Below are positions 39,620 through 49,973 of a stretch of 64,000 bases of DNA, piece after piece (positions within the stretch are counted from its first letter, which is position 1; every line of letters starts with the position of its first letter). The stretch is from IMG/VR virus record IMGVR_UViG_3300039210_000318, positions 9,095-73,094 of that record. One strand, written 5' to 3'. Source of the DNA: a virus. The translations under genes were made by a program, and so were the position numbers. The notes beneath the pieces were generated by a model, which saw only the letters and a list, made by a program, of their open reading frames with translations, searched no databases and was not told the origin of the DNA.

Positions 39620-39620
39620 G

Positions 39621-40328
39621 GTGGAACTGGTCTATTGCGCCGCGGGCAACCGGGCCCTGGCCCAGGCCGCCATCAGCGCCGGCTTCCGCTACGGCGCCTG
39701 TCTGCCGGCGACGTTCTATCCGGACGTGGCGCCGCTCTGGTTTGCCGACCAGCGCTATAAGAAGCCGGACCGCCCCGCCTACATGGCCGGCCTGGAGCGC
39801 CACCGGCCGGCCATGGCGACGGTGCTCGACCTGGAGCGCGTCGACCAGCGCGCCGAGGTCATATCCTGGGCTGAGGAAGCGGCACAGTATGTCCAGTATG
39901 TGGTGCTCATCCCAAAGCTTGATGGGCTGATAGCCGACCTACCGCGCTGCATCGGAGGAAAGCCGGTGGTGCTCGGGTATAGCGTGCCGACCTCCTATGG
40001 TGGTACGGCGGTGCCGCTCTGGGAGTTCGCCGGTTGGCCGGTGCATCTCCTCGGCGGCTCGCCCCGGGCCCAGCAACGACTCTGGCACCACATGAGCGCG
40101 ATAGCCGATGTCGTGTCGGCAGACAGCAACTATAGCCAGAAGTTGGCGATACGCCATTGCCAGACGTGGGTGCCAGGCACCGCCCACGGTGCGCGCAACC
40201 GTTGGTGGCCGACGTTGACCGAATTGGACGGAGAGCGCTGGCCAGCAGAGAACGCGCACGTCGAAGCATTCCGGCGTTCCTGCGCCACGATCATGGCGTC
40301 GTGGCGGTCGCTGGGCGCCCTTGCCTGA
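39621..40328 (+). CDS. Second TGT-fold-like protein (DUF6610-like)
   Basis: ATVLD, LIPK, GYSVPTSYGG, VHLLGGSP and SADSN motifs. Confidence 0.6.
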   Translation: MELVYCAAGNRALAQAAISAGFRYGACLPATFYPDVAPLWFADQRYKKPDRPAYMAGLERHRPAMATVLDLERVDQRAEVISWAEEAAQYVQYVVLIPKLDGLIADLPRCIGGKPVVLGYSVPTSYGGTAVPLWEFAGWPVHLLGGSPRAQQRLWHHMSAIADVVSADSNYSQKLAIRHCQTWVPGTAHGARNRWWPTLTELDGERWPAENAHVEAFRRSCATIMASWRSLGALA

Positions 40329-40664
40329 CAGCCGTAGCAGCGCCGACCGGCTGCGGCTGTAGTCTCTCCGGGAGCAGGAGCGCACCCGCCACCCCCCCCT
40401 CGCTGGCGTCCCGGTCCTCCTACGGCGCGCGCAGCCTTTGTGCGGCGGCGCTCCTGCCCCCCCCCAACCGAGAGAGGACACCAGGTGCTACTCGCCGTTT
40501 TCCTCTGCTTGCTCCTGTTCCTGGGCATCTATCTGCTTATCGGCAGCATCGCTTTACTGGCCATGCTGTTCACGTCCTGGGCCTGGGGTCTACCAGAAGC
40601 GAGAGTGGCATAAGTGACGTTATCCCACACTCCCCCAGCATGGCATAAGTCGGCCGGCGACACC

Positions 40665-41612
40665 ATGCTCACCCCCGCCGCCGACCCCCCCACGACGCCC
40701 CAGGCTGCCCCCCAGGGCAGCGCAACCCTCGCCATTTATCACCCAGGAGAGGACGGCGCGCTGGCGCGCTCTGACGCCAACCTGGGGGTGGGCGCCCCGG
40801 ACGCCGCCCTGCTGAGGCTCTGGCTACACGGCCGGCCGGCGACCACGGTAGACGCCTACCGGCGCGACGTGGCCCGCTGCCTCGGATATACCGGCAAACC
40901 GCTGGGCCTGCTCACCCTGGCCGACCTCCAAGACTTTGCCGATAGCCTGGCGGGCATGGCGCCGTCCAGCCAGAGCCGTACCCTCTCCTCGGTCAAGAGC
41001 CTGCTGTCCTTCGGGCACCGGCTCGGTTTGCTGCCGGTCAACGCCGGCGCGGCGTTATTGTTACCGGCACAGAAAGACGCGCTGGCCGAACGCATTTTGG
41101 AGGAGCCGGACGTCCAGCGCATGCTGGCCCTCGAGCGGCAGCCGCGCAACCGCGCGTTGCTCGCCGTCCTCTACGCCGGTGGTCTCCGCGTGTCTGAAGC
41201 GTGCTCGCTGTGCTGGCGAGATGTCAAGAGCCGTGGTAAGGAATGCCAAATTACAGTTTTCGGAAAAGGCGGTAAAACTCGCGCGGTGCTGCTCTCGGCG
41301 GGAGTGTGGAAGCTGCTGCGCCCGCTGAAGGGCAAGGACGAGGAGCCGGTCTTCCGCAGCCGCCAGCAGGACGGACGGGCCATCGACACCGAGACAGCGC
41401 GCCGCATCGTGCGCCTGGCAGCGCGCCGCGCCAGTATCACCCTCGACGTGTCGCCGCACTGGCTACGCCATGCCCACGCCAGCCACGCACTTGATCGAGG
41501 AGCGCCGATCCACCTGGTACAACAGACCCTTGGGCATGCGAGCCTCGGCACGACCAGCCGCTATACCCACGCGCGACCGAACGAGAGTAGCGGTAAGTAC
41601 CTTGCGGTATGA
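40665..41612 (+). CDS. Tyrosine recombinase (XerC/D-like integrase)
   Basis: YAGGLRVSE, GKGGKTR, HWLRHAHASH and LGHASLGTTSRY catalytic residues; N-terminal SAM-like domain. Confidence 0.93.
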   Translation: MLTPAADPPTTPQAAPQGSATLAIYHPGEDGALARSDANLGVGAPDAALLRLWLHGRPATTVDAYRRDVARCLGYTGKPLGLLTLADLQDFADSLAGMAPSSQSRTLSSVKSLLSFGHRLGLLPVNAGAALLLPAQKDALAERILEEPDVQRMLALERQPRNRALLAVLYAGGLRVSEACSLCWRDVKSRGKECQITVFGKGGKTRAVLLSAGVWKLLRPLKGKDEEPVFRSRQQDGRAIDTETARRIVRLAARRASITLDVSPHWLRHAHASHALDRGAPIHLVQQTLGHASLGTTSRYTHARPNESSGKYLAV

Positions 41613-41994
41613 GGACATGCACCTGGTCGGATGGCAGTACCGGCTGCTCTCCGAAACCGTCGCCTGCGCCGACGACGGCCAGTCCTATATCCGGACGCGC
41701 ACCTACCCCTCGGTGGTCCTCGGTGGCCGCTACGACCGTCCCGACGTCCAGACCGCTCGCGTGCTCCATACCACGCTCGTAGCCGAGGACGTTGCAGTCC
41801 GCACCCAAAGGCCCCCCTGGCGCTGAGCCTCGCTCGCGCGGGAGCCCCCCTTCAGGTTTTGGAGAAAACGGGGGCTTTTGGCGAGGCCGGCTTTTACGGC
41901 TGGGAAACGAGGCAAAACCTTTTCAGCCGCATGTGGCTCATTTTCACCAGAAAGTTTCACTACAGTTTGGCCTGCCCAAAAAGCCCCCCACAGC

Positions 41995-42250
41995 AAGCAT
42001 CGCCGCGCTTGCTCGCTCCTCTCGCCGGACGCTCCCTCGGTCTGGCGCTCGCTCCCTCCCCTCTCGCCGGACGCTCCCTCGCTCCCTCGGCTGGACGCTT
42101 GCTCGGTCGGCGCTCGCTCCCTCGGCTCTCCGCTCGCCGCTCGCTGGCTGCTCTCCGGTAGCTCCCTCGGCTCTCCGCTCGCCGGCTCGGCTCTCGGCTG
42201 GCTCGCTGCTCTCCGCTCGCTGTCTGGCGTCCCTTGGTCGCTGGCCAGCG
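41995..42250 (+). repeat. A-depleted CTCG/CGCTC low-complexity tract
   Basis: Only a handful of A residues in ~250 nt; recurring GCTCCCTCG and CTCGCCGGACGCTC; reverse complement resembles 46140-46340. Confidence 0.65.
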
Positions 42251-42391
42251 CGGCGTAGGGCACGCGCCGGCCATCTCGCTCCGACCGAGGACGGCAGACG
42301 CGCCGCCCCGGCGCGCCGGAAGGAGGAGCACTTTATCGGCTCGTGCTCCTGACCGCCGTCCATGGCAACCTCCTCGGAAACCCTCCCAGAA

Positions 42392-42582
42392 TCGCGCCAC
42401 GTTACCCGACGCCGCCCGGTCTCCGCCACTCGGAGGCATCGTTGGGGTCAGGCGCATGCCGGAAAACGGCGCAGCCGGCCTTGGGCATCGTGGCGCGGTT
42501 GTGGGGGTTTGATCGGAGGGTGCCAGTTCTACCCGTTCGCATTTCTAACGCGGCGTGTGGGGCAACGTGGCGCGCCGTTTTC
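42392..42582 (+). repeat. ~190-bp dispersed element, copy B
   Basis: Aligns by eye with copies A, C and D. Confidence 0.8.
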
Positions 42583-42758
42583 GCGCTCGCTCGCTCGCCT
42601 GGCCGGCGTACCGCGCGCCGGGGGAGCGAGCCGGCCAGATGGGCTACCGGCGCTGGTACTAACGGCGGCGGGCGCAAAAGGACTGGCGCATACCGCTACG
42701 CGCCGGTATCCTGCTGGTACGGGGATTTACCCGTAGCCCGCGAAGGAGACGAACCGCC

Positions 42759-43142
42759 ATGGATACTACCGGTACGACAATGTTCCTGCCCGCCGAAGAC
42801 AACGAATGCTTGCTGGCCCTTATCAACGACCGCCGCGGCCGCATCTTGGGCATGGCGTCGGACGCCACGGCGCGCCAGCGCGCCGTGGCCTTCCAGGCTA
42901 CCGCCATCGCCCAAGCGTTGCTCGCCTACGCCGCGGAATTGCGCGACCTGCCGCTCATCGGCAACGTCGCGCCGGTAAGCCCCCTTGCCGACCCCCGCGT
43001 CGGGCAAGACCTAGTGGACGCCGACGAGGACGCGCGCGCCAGCCGCCGCGCCTACAATTGGGAAACGGCCGAACTCAACAGCCTCATCGGTAGCTTGCGG
43101 TACGATGCCGACCGGCGCGCCGAGCGAGCCGCGAGCCGGTAG
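42759..43142 (+). CDS. Cassette gene, hypothetical
   Basis: Follows a promoter module and RBS; followed by a terminator hairpin. Confidence 0.7.
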   Translation: MDTTGTTMFLPAEDNECLLALINDRRGRILGMASDATARQRAVAFQATAIAQALLAYAAELRDLPLIGNVAPVSPLADPRVGQDLVDADEDARASRRAYNWETAELNSLIGSLRYDADRRAERAASR

Positions 43143-43157
43143 ACGCGCCGCCCCCAT

Positions 43158-43199
43158 GCCCCCGGTACCGCGCGGTACCGGGGGCATGCTCGTTTTGGG
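43158..43199 (+). terminator. Conserved hairpin terminator CCCCCGGTACCGCGCGGTACCGGGGG plus T-run (about 10 copies between 43158 and 51070)
   Basis: Copies near 43158, 43653, 44296, 44905, 45502, 46073, 48116, 49276, 50572 and 51033, each just after a stop codon. Confidence 0.8.
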
Positions 43200-43350
43200 C
43201 GATGCTGCCGCCTGGCCGGCGCGCCGGCCAGATGGGCTACCGCTCCCCCTTACCTTCGGCCACCGGGCGCAAAAGGGCTGGCGCATACTGGTACGTAGCG
43301 GTATCCTGCTGGTACGGCGTTTTGGCCGTAGCACGAGAAGGAGCCGAACC

Positions 43351-43638
43351 ATGTTTGACCAGGAATTCCTCAACGACGCGGGTACCCCGGCGCAATGCGC
43401 CACCGACCTTGAATTCTTCCAGAACGCCAAGGCCGGCGGCTTGCTCAACAAGGGCTGGGTGCGCATCAACCGCTTCGCTTTCCGGCGCGATGCCATTCTG
43501 GTAGCTTGCATCGGCAACACCTGGTACCTCATCGCCGGTACCGCGCAGGTGCGCCTTGAGTACCGGGTGCAAATCTGGCTCTACTGCGCGCAAGCGGACC
43601 GCCTAGCAATCGAGCTTACGCCGTTCATTGGCCGGTAG
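43351..43638 (+). CDS. Cassette gene, hypothetical
   Basis: Promoter module, GAAGGAG RBS and terminator. Confidence 0.7.
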   Translation: MFDQEFLNDAGTPAQCATDLEFFQNAKAGGLLNKGWVRINRFAFRRDAILVACIGNTWYLIAGTAQVRLEYRVQIWLYCAQADRLAIELTPFIGR

Positions 43639-43849
43639 CTTCATTCCCCCTTGCCCCCGGTACGCGCGTACCGGGGGCATCGCCGTTTCCGGCGCTCGCC
43701 TGGCCGGCGCGCGCGTTGGGGGAGCCGGCCAGATGGGCTACCGAGGGTGGTACCTTCGGCGGCCGGGCGCAAAAGGGCTTGCGTATGCCGGTACGTACCG
43801 GTATCTTGCCAGTACGGGGATTTACCCGTAGGAGCCGAAAGGGACACCA

Positions 43850-44278
43850 ATGAGCACAAGGCAAGAGCGCGTACTAGCATCCTACGAGAAGGCCAACAAG
43901 GCAGCGGTGCTGCGCGCCGAGGTCGAAGCCGACGCCGCGCGCCAGCGCGCCGCCAAGGAAGCCGCCAAAACCCCCGCCGAGCGTTTGGCCGACCTGCAGC
44001 AGCAGCGCAGCTACATGCTCGACTTCAACACGCAGCGCGCGGACGGCAACCGGGCAGACCTTGCCACCCAGGCCCGCCGGATGGCCGAACGCCTCACCTA
44101 CTATGCCGAGCACCTGGACGTCCTCAGCGCGGCGGCCGACGAAGGCTACATGCCGGAATGCCCCGTGCTCAGCAGCGCCGTAACGAGCATGCTGCAGGAC
44201 CACACCCGGCTGGCGGTAGCCCTGGAAAACGTGCGCTCGGAGCGCCACCTCCTCCGAGACCTGCAAGCGATCCTTTAG
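43850..44278 (+). CDS. Cassette gene, hypothetical coiled coil
   Basis: Promoter module, RBS and terminator. Confidence 0.7.
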   Translation: MSTRQERVLASYEKANKAAVLRAEVEADAARQRAAKEAAKTPAERLADLQQQRSYMLDFNTQRADGNRADLATQARRMAERLTYYAEHLDVLSAAADEGYMPECPVLSSAVTSMLQDHTRLAVALENVRSERHLLRDLQAIL

Positions 44279-44498
44279 GACGCCTACGGCGCGCCGCCCC
44301 CGGTAGGGTACCGGGGGCGGCGCGTACCGGTTTCTGGGCCTGCCTGGCCGTCGCGCGCGGTAGCCGGCGCTCCGGCCATCTGGGCTACGGGGGGGGTGGT
44401 ACCAATGGCCGGCGCGCGCAAAAGGGCTTGCGTATACCGCTACGTAGCGGTATCTTGCAGGTACGGGGATTTACCCGTAGCCCGCGAAAGGAACCGCA

Positions 44499-44891
44499 AT
44501 GTTCAGCCAGCCGACCGCCGCCGAGTACGAAGCCGCCATCGCCACGTACGAGACCCTGGGCACGGACGCCCGGAAGGCCATCCACGCCAACCTGACGAGC
44601 ATCGCCAACGGCATGGTCGGTAGCCCCAAGGTCGGCGCGGCGGTAGCCCGCGCCTACGTGGACATGGTTGCCAAGCTCGCCCCGGCCGCCGCCATGGAAA
44701 ACGCGCGCCGCGACGTTTGGTACTACACCTACGCGACCTGGATGTGGGTCAAGGACAGCACCCACCCCGACGAGCACAGCGCAGCGCGGCGCGCCAGCGC
44801 CATCTCCTTCATGTACCCCGGCGGCACCAAGGTAACGGCCGCGACCCCCTACGATCGGGGGACCCAAAGCACGGTAGCGGGCGAGCGGTAG
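44499..44891 (+). CDS. Cassette gene, hypothetical
   Basis: Promoter module, RBS and terminator. Confidence 0.7.
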   Translation: MFSQPTAAEYEAAIATYETLGTDARKAIHANLTSIANGMVGSPKVGAAVARAYVDMVAKLAPAAAMENARRDVWYYTYATWMWVKDSTHPDEHSAARRASAISFMYPGGTKVTAATPYDRGTQSTVAGER

Positions 44892-45282
44892 CCGCGCCAC
44901 CCACGCCCCCCGGTACCGGGTACCGGGGGGCGTTTCCGTTTCCGGCGCGCCGACGGCCTGGCCTTTCCGGCGCGCCGTAGGCGCAAAGTAGCCACAACCG
45001 CGCGACGTTGGGCCACGTCGGCGCGCCGTAGGCGAGGCTGCCAGTATCTACCGGCTGCCGTCCCCTACGGCGCGCGTCGGCAAACGTGGCGCGCCGGAAC
45101 GGCCGGAAACGGCCAGCGCGCGCGGCCGCGCCGGTAGACGCCGAACGGCGCGCCGGCCATCCTGGCTACCGCAGGCTAGTACCTTCGGCACGGCGCGCGC
45201 ATGGCGCTTGCAGGATACCGCTACGTACCGGTATCTTTCAGGTACGGCGCTTTGGCCGTAGGACGCGAAGGAGACGAACCGC

Positions 45283-45486
45283 ATGCAACCCGTGATCAAG
45301 TACCCCAAGGACATCAACCCCCTTGACGCCAAGGCTGGCCGGACCCGTCGCTGCGTCTGGCGCGCGTACCGCAACGACGCCGACCGCAAGCGCGCCATCG
45401 CCCAACTCCGCAAGCGAGGGTTTAGCTACTTCGCTTGCTACACCGACGTAAAGGGCTTGGCCGTACACGCCTACCAGGAGCGGTAG
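45283..45486 (+). CDS. Cassette gene, small basic hypothetical
   Basis: Promoter module, RBS and terminator. Confidence 0.65.
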   Translation: MQPVIKYPKDINPLDAKAGRTRRCVWRAYRNDADRKRAIAQLRKRGFSYFACYTDVKGLAVHAYQER

Positions 45487-45727
45487 CCCGAGCGATCCTA
45501 GCCCCCCGGTACCGGGTACCGGGGGGCTTTGCTGTTTCCGGCGCGGCGCCGGGGTGGCCTGGCCGGCGCGCCGGGGGCGGCGCGTGCCCTACGGCGCAGC
45601 GCCGGCCAGATGGGCTACTCCCCCCCCTTACCTTCGGCCAGCGCGCCGGAAAGGGCTTGCGTATGCCGGTACGTACCGGTATCTTGCAGGTACGGGGCTT
45701 TACCCGTAGGACGCGAAAGGAACACCA

Positions 45728-46054
45728 ATGACCGAGACCACAACCCGCGAAGCCCTACAGGACGGTACGGACCTGCTGACCGTTGACCGCGGCTTCATCG
45801 TTGACCTATTCATCGTCACCGCTGGCTCGCTGGACCGCGAGGACGTCAAGGCGACGGTACAGATCCTGGACGACATGCTCGGCGGCGAGCGCGAGATCAG
45901 AATTTCGCATTACTCCTCCTCCTCCTCGACGCACACCCCCGCGGAAGAAAGCGTCAGCAACGCCTTCTACATGGGTACCTTGCTGGTACGCGCCGTCGCC
46001 ATCGCCAACGCGCGGTACGCGCAGCCCTACAACGACGGGTATGGCAACCTCTAG
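45728..46054 (+). CDS. Cassette gene, hypothetical
   Basis: Promoter module, RBS and terminator. Confidence 0.7.
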   Translation: MTETTTREALQDGTDLLTVDRGFIVDLFIVTAGSLDREDVKATVQILDDMLGGEREIRISHYSSSSSTHTPAEESVSNAFYMGTLLVRAVAIANARYAQPYNDGYGNL

Positions 46055-46139
46055 ACCGCTCGCCCCCTTCCTCCCCCCGGTACCGCGCGGTACCGGGGGG
46101 AGCCTCGTTTCAGCCCCATGCGCGCCGGCCGCGGCCGGC

Positions 46140-46340
46140 GCGCAGCCGAGCGACCTACCGGTGCGACCGGACCAGCGAGCCAGCGCCGGCCAGGCGAGCG
46201 TCCGGCGAGAGCGACCTACCGGAGAGCCAGGGAGCGACCAGCGCCAGCGACCTACCGGCGCGACCGTCCGGCCCAGCGAGCTACCAGCGGGAGCGACCGT
46301 GCATCGAGAGCGAGCTACCGGCATGCCAGGGAGCTACCGG
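46140..46340 (+). repeat. T-depleted GCGACC/GAGCTACC low-complexity tract
   Basis: AGCGA(C/G)CTACC repeated; GAGCGTCCGGCGAG is the reverse complement of the motif in the 42.0 kb tract. Confidence 0.6.
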
Positions 46341-46462
46341 CGCGGCCGGCGCCGGAAAACGCGCCGCCCCCCGGCGCGCCGTACCCGGCCGTCCTCCCTC
46401 GGAAAAGGGCGTTTCGGAAATGACCGTGGTCGGTTACAACCCCCGGAAAACTACCCGGTCTT

Positions 46463-46654
46463 TGCGGTCACGTTGCCCCACACGCCGCCGACGGCCCTTT
46501 CGGGAGGCATCGTTGGGGTCAGGCGCAAGGGGGAATTGGGATGAGCCGGCCTTGGGCATCGTGGCGCGTTTCTGGGGGGGTTTCAGAAGGCTGCCAGTTC
46601 TACCCGTTCGCAAATCTAACGCGGCGTGTGGGGCATCGTCGGGGTGCGTTTTTC
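46463..46654 (+). repeat. ~190-bp dispersed element, copy C
   Basis: Terminal inverted repeat CGTTGCCCCACACGCCGC ... GCGGCGTGTGGGGCATCG. Confidence 0.8.
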
Positions 46655-46792
46655 GCCCCCACGGCGCGCCAGATGGGGGATGCCAGGCTAGTACCAATGG
46701 CCGGCGCGCCGGAAAGGGCTGGCGCATACCGCTACGTAGCGGTATCCTGCTGGTACGGGGATTTACCCGTAGCGACCGAAGGGATACGAACG

Positions 46793-47155
46793 ATGCGCTA
46801 CTTCACCTACCTGCGCGAGACCTTGAGCGACGAAGGATATGACCTGGTGATTACCGAGCAAGGGACGTCCGAGCTTGGGGGCAAGAGCACGGCGACGACA
46901 TTTGAGGTCGTACCGAGCGACCGCTTGACGCCGACCGGCCCGCACGACGACGTGCTCCGCTTCTGGCTCTACTCCTACCCCGCGCCGGGGGCTTGCGACG
47001 ACCTGACCTTCTCCGGCTCGGTATCCATGCCGGTAGCCAAGGCTGCCTTGCTGGCCGCGGCCATCACCCGAGCGAGCGAGTACGCCGCGGCGATGCGGTC
47101 GCTACCGCTCGGTAGCCGCATGGGCGCCAAGGGCTACCCGGAAAGCGCGTCCTAG
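46793..47155 (+). CDS. Cassette gene, hypothetical
   Basis: Promoter module and RBS. Confidence 0.65.
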   Translation: MRYFTYLRETLSDEGYDLVITEQGTSELGGKSTATTFEVVPSDRLTPTGPHDDVLRFWLYSYPAPGACDDLTFSGSVSMPVAKAALLAAAITRASEYAAAMRSLPLGSRMGAKGYPESAS

Positions 47156-47286
47156 CCGAGCCGCCGAAGGTACCACCGACCGGGTAGTACCTTCGGCGCT
47201 TTGCGTCCCAGGCACTTGCGTATACCGTAGCGTACCGGTATCATCCTTGTACCGGGAGCGCCGGTAGCGAGCGAAAGGATACACGC

Positions 47287-47703
47287 ATGAACGGCGAGCG
47301 GAACGCGACCTGGAAGGGCATGAACTGGATACGCCAGGACGCCCGCCTTGCCATCTACCTCCGGGACCGCTTCACCTGCCTGTACTGCGGCAGCGACCTA
47401 ACGGCGCACCTGCCGGGGCAGCTGACCCTGGACCACCTCGACTCCTGCGAGGAGCGAGCGGTCCGGGGCGAGAAGCCAGACAACCGACCGGCCAACCTCG
47501 TCACCGCCTGCGCGCGGTGCAACTACAGCCGCGGCGCGAAGCCATGGCGCGACTTCGCGCCGGGGGGAGCAATCGACCGGATTGAGATGACGGTAGCCGA
47601 GCCGCTCAACCGCGCGCTCGCCCGCGCCATCCTGGCCGGGGAGGTCAACCTTGACGCCGAATCCCTCCGGGGCGGCGCGGGCGAAGGTACCACGGCTGGC
47701 TAG
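47287..47703 (+). CDS. HNH endonuclease (cassette gene)
   Basis: RD.FTCLYCG..TLDHL..NLVTACARCN motif. Confidence 0.88.
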   Translation: MNGERNATWKGMNWIRQDARLAIYLRDRFTCLYCGSDLTAHLPGQLTLDHLDSCEERAVRGEKPDNRPANLVTACARCNYSRGAKPWRDFAPGGAIDRIEMTVAEPLNRALARAILAGEVNLDAESLRGGAGEGTTAG

Positions 47704-47802
47704 TACCAACGGCGGCCGGGCGCAAAAGGGCTTGCGTATACCGCAACGTCCCGGTACCATCTGAGTACGGGGATTTACCCGTAGGACGCGAAAGGAACAC
47801 CA

Positions 47803-48102
47803 ATGACCACCACGACCGCCACGATGACCCCCAGCGAGCGCATGGACGCCGCGAACGCCGCGGCCTTCAAGGCGACGGTAGAGACGCTCAACTACCGGCG
47901 CGCGGAGCTGGCGACCAGCATCTACCACCTCGCCATCGCCGCCACGACCATGCATGCGGCCCTGAACCTCGACCACGCGCCTTGCTCGGTCACGGATACG
48001 GCGCTGGCCATCGCCACCGTCGAAGGCATCCGCGACGCCCTACGCGCCGAGGACCGCGCATGCGCCGCCAAGCTCGCCTACCTCGGCCAGCAAGAGGTCT
48101 AG
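47803..48102 (+). CDS. Cassette gene, hypothetical
   Basis: Promoter module, RBS and terminator. Confidence 0.65.
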   Translation: MTTTTATMTPSERMDAANAAAFKATVETLNYRRAELATSIYHLAIAATTMHAALNLDHAPCSVTDTALAIATVEGIRDALRAEDRACAAKLAYLGQQEV

Positions 48103-48319
48103 CCGCCAACGCGCAGCCCCCGGTACCGCGCGGTACCGGGGGCTGCCTCGTTTTGGGCGATGCTGCTGCCTGGCCGGCGTACCGCGCGGTACGCCGGCCA
48201 GATGGGCTACCGGTGGGTAGTACCAACGGCGGCCGCGCCATCAGCCGCTTGCGTATACCGTAGCGTACCGGTATGATCCTGGTACGGGGATTTACCCGTA
48301 GGAGTCGAAGGGACGAACG

Positions 48320-48514
48320 ATGAACGCCAGCAAGCTAATGTGGGAAATCCTCGAAGACGAGAGCCTTTCCGGCGCGCACCTCGAAACAATCGCCCGCTGC
48401 ATCAACGAGCGAGCCGCGCGCAAGACGCGAGCCGAGCGCATCGCCGCCTTGGGCGGGCCCGCGAGCAAGCTAAGCCTCCGGCAGCGCCTTGCTTGCTGGT
48501 TGATCGGGGCATAG
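48320..48514 (+). CDS. Cassette gene, hypothetical
   Basis: Promoter module and RBS. Confidence 0.6.
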   Translation: MNASKLMWEILEDESLSGAHLETIARCINERAARKTRAERIAALGGPASKLSLRQRLACWLIGA

Positions 48515-48515
48515 G

Positions 48516-48752
48516 ATGCAAGCAAGCAACAGCCTACCGCTGATGACCGGCGCGGCGCTGGCGCGCAAGGCCAAGCGCGTAGCCGCCTACGCCGTAGAGC
48601 GAGCGACCGAGCAAGTAGCGGCGCGCGAGCGTTGGTACGGCGAGGAGCCGTGCGCCTACCGCGCGGCGGCGTTGGCCGATGCGCGCGGGGAGCTGGAGCG
48701 AGCCAGCGCCGCCGCGGCCGGGTGCGGCGTGCGCCTACCGCGCAGCGCGTAA
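48516..48752 (+). CDS. Hypothetical protein
   Basis: Coupled to the previous gene. Confidence 0.45.
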   Translation: MQASNSLPLMTGAALARKAKRVAAYAVERATEQVAARERWYGEEPCAYRAAALADARGELERASAAAAGCGVRLPRSA

Positions 48753-49016
48753 CGGCGGTACGCGCCAACGTGACCCCAAAGACCGGCGCCCTTTGGGGTC
48801 ACGCCCGTCCCGGTAGGCGCCCCCCGGCATGGCCGGCGCGCCGCCCCGGTACGCCTGGCCGTTGCGCAGCCTGCACGCTATAAAAGGGCGCGCCGGCCAG
48901 ATGGGCTACCCGGCCTAGTACCATCGGCTACCGCGCCGGAAAGGGCTTGCGTATACCGTTGCGCGCCGGTATCTTGAAGTACGGGGAGTTACCCGTAGGA
49001 GCCGAAAGGGAAACAA

Positions 49017-49259
49017 ATGAAGCTGACGATCAAGACCCAGGTAGCGAGCCTCCAGACCCGCCGCGACGCGAACGCCGCGCGCTTGGTAGCCATCTCGGAG
49101 CTAATCGCTCGCCTACCGTATATGCAGGAAAACAACTTCAACGCCGGTCCGGCCGGGATCGCGCGCATCGCCACCCTCAACGCCGAAGCCTCTACCCTTA
49201 CCGCCGAGAACGCCGGGATCGGCTCCGCGCTACGCGCCATGGCTACCGGCGCACGGTAG
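49017..49259 (+). CDS. Cassette gene, hypothetical coiled coil
   Basis: Promoter module, RBS and terminator. Confidence 0.65.
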   Translation: MKLTIKTQVASLQTRRDANAARLVAISELIARLPYMQENNFNAGPAGIARIATLNAEASTLTAENAGIGSALRAMATGAR

Positions 49260-49662
49260 ACGCGCCTTCCCCCAAGCCCCCCGGTACGCGGTACCGGGGG
49301 GCTTTTCCGTTTCCGGCGCTCGCCTGGCCGGCGCGCCGTAGGGTACACGCCGCCCCGGCGCCGCGCCGGCTACCCGGAACGGCGCGCCACGTCCCCCGGT
49401 ACGCCGCGTTCGTTCTCGGCAACGGTAGGAAGTGGCAGGCCGGCGGGGTCTTGGCCGTGTGCGCCAACGTGGCGCGGTTGTGGGGGTTGCGCGCCGGGGC
49501 GGCGCGGTACCGGCGCGCTGGCCGGCGGCCGCGCCGGCCATCTGGGCTATGCCAGGCTGGTACCTCCGGCGCGCCGGCGCACGGGGTTTGCAGGATACCG
49601 CTACGTAGCGGTATCATCCGGCTACGGGGTTTTCCCGTAGGAGCCGAAAGGAAGCTACCGCC

Positions 49663-49860
49663 ATGGACCACTACAACCGCCTATACCAACCGAGCAATCC
49701 AGCGCCGACGCTCCGGCGCACCAGCCTCGTGCAGGAAGCGGCCAACTTCGCCGCTTACGACGCCTACGGCGACGCCTTGCGCCGGTACGGCCGCACCGAT
49801 CAGCGCACGCTCGACGCCCACGCCGATTGGGTGCGCATCGCCACAGGTACTAGCCGCTGA
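49663..49860 (+). CDS. Cassette gene, hypothetical
   Basis: Promoter module and RBS. Confidence 0.6.
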   Translation: MDHYNRLYQPSNPAPTLRRTSLVQEAANFAAYDAYGDALRRYGRTDQRTLDAHADWVRIATGTSR

Positions 49861-49973
49861 TGGTACCTCCGGGGGACGGCGCGCCGTGCCGCCCCCTGGC
49901 CCTTGCGTATACCGGTACGTGCCGGTATCATCCTGTTACGGGGATTTACCCGTAGCAGCCGAAAGGAACCCAC

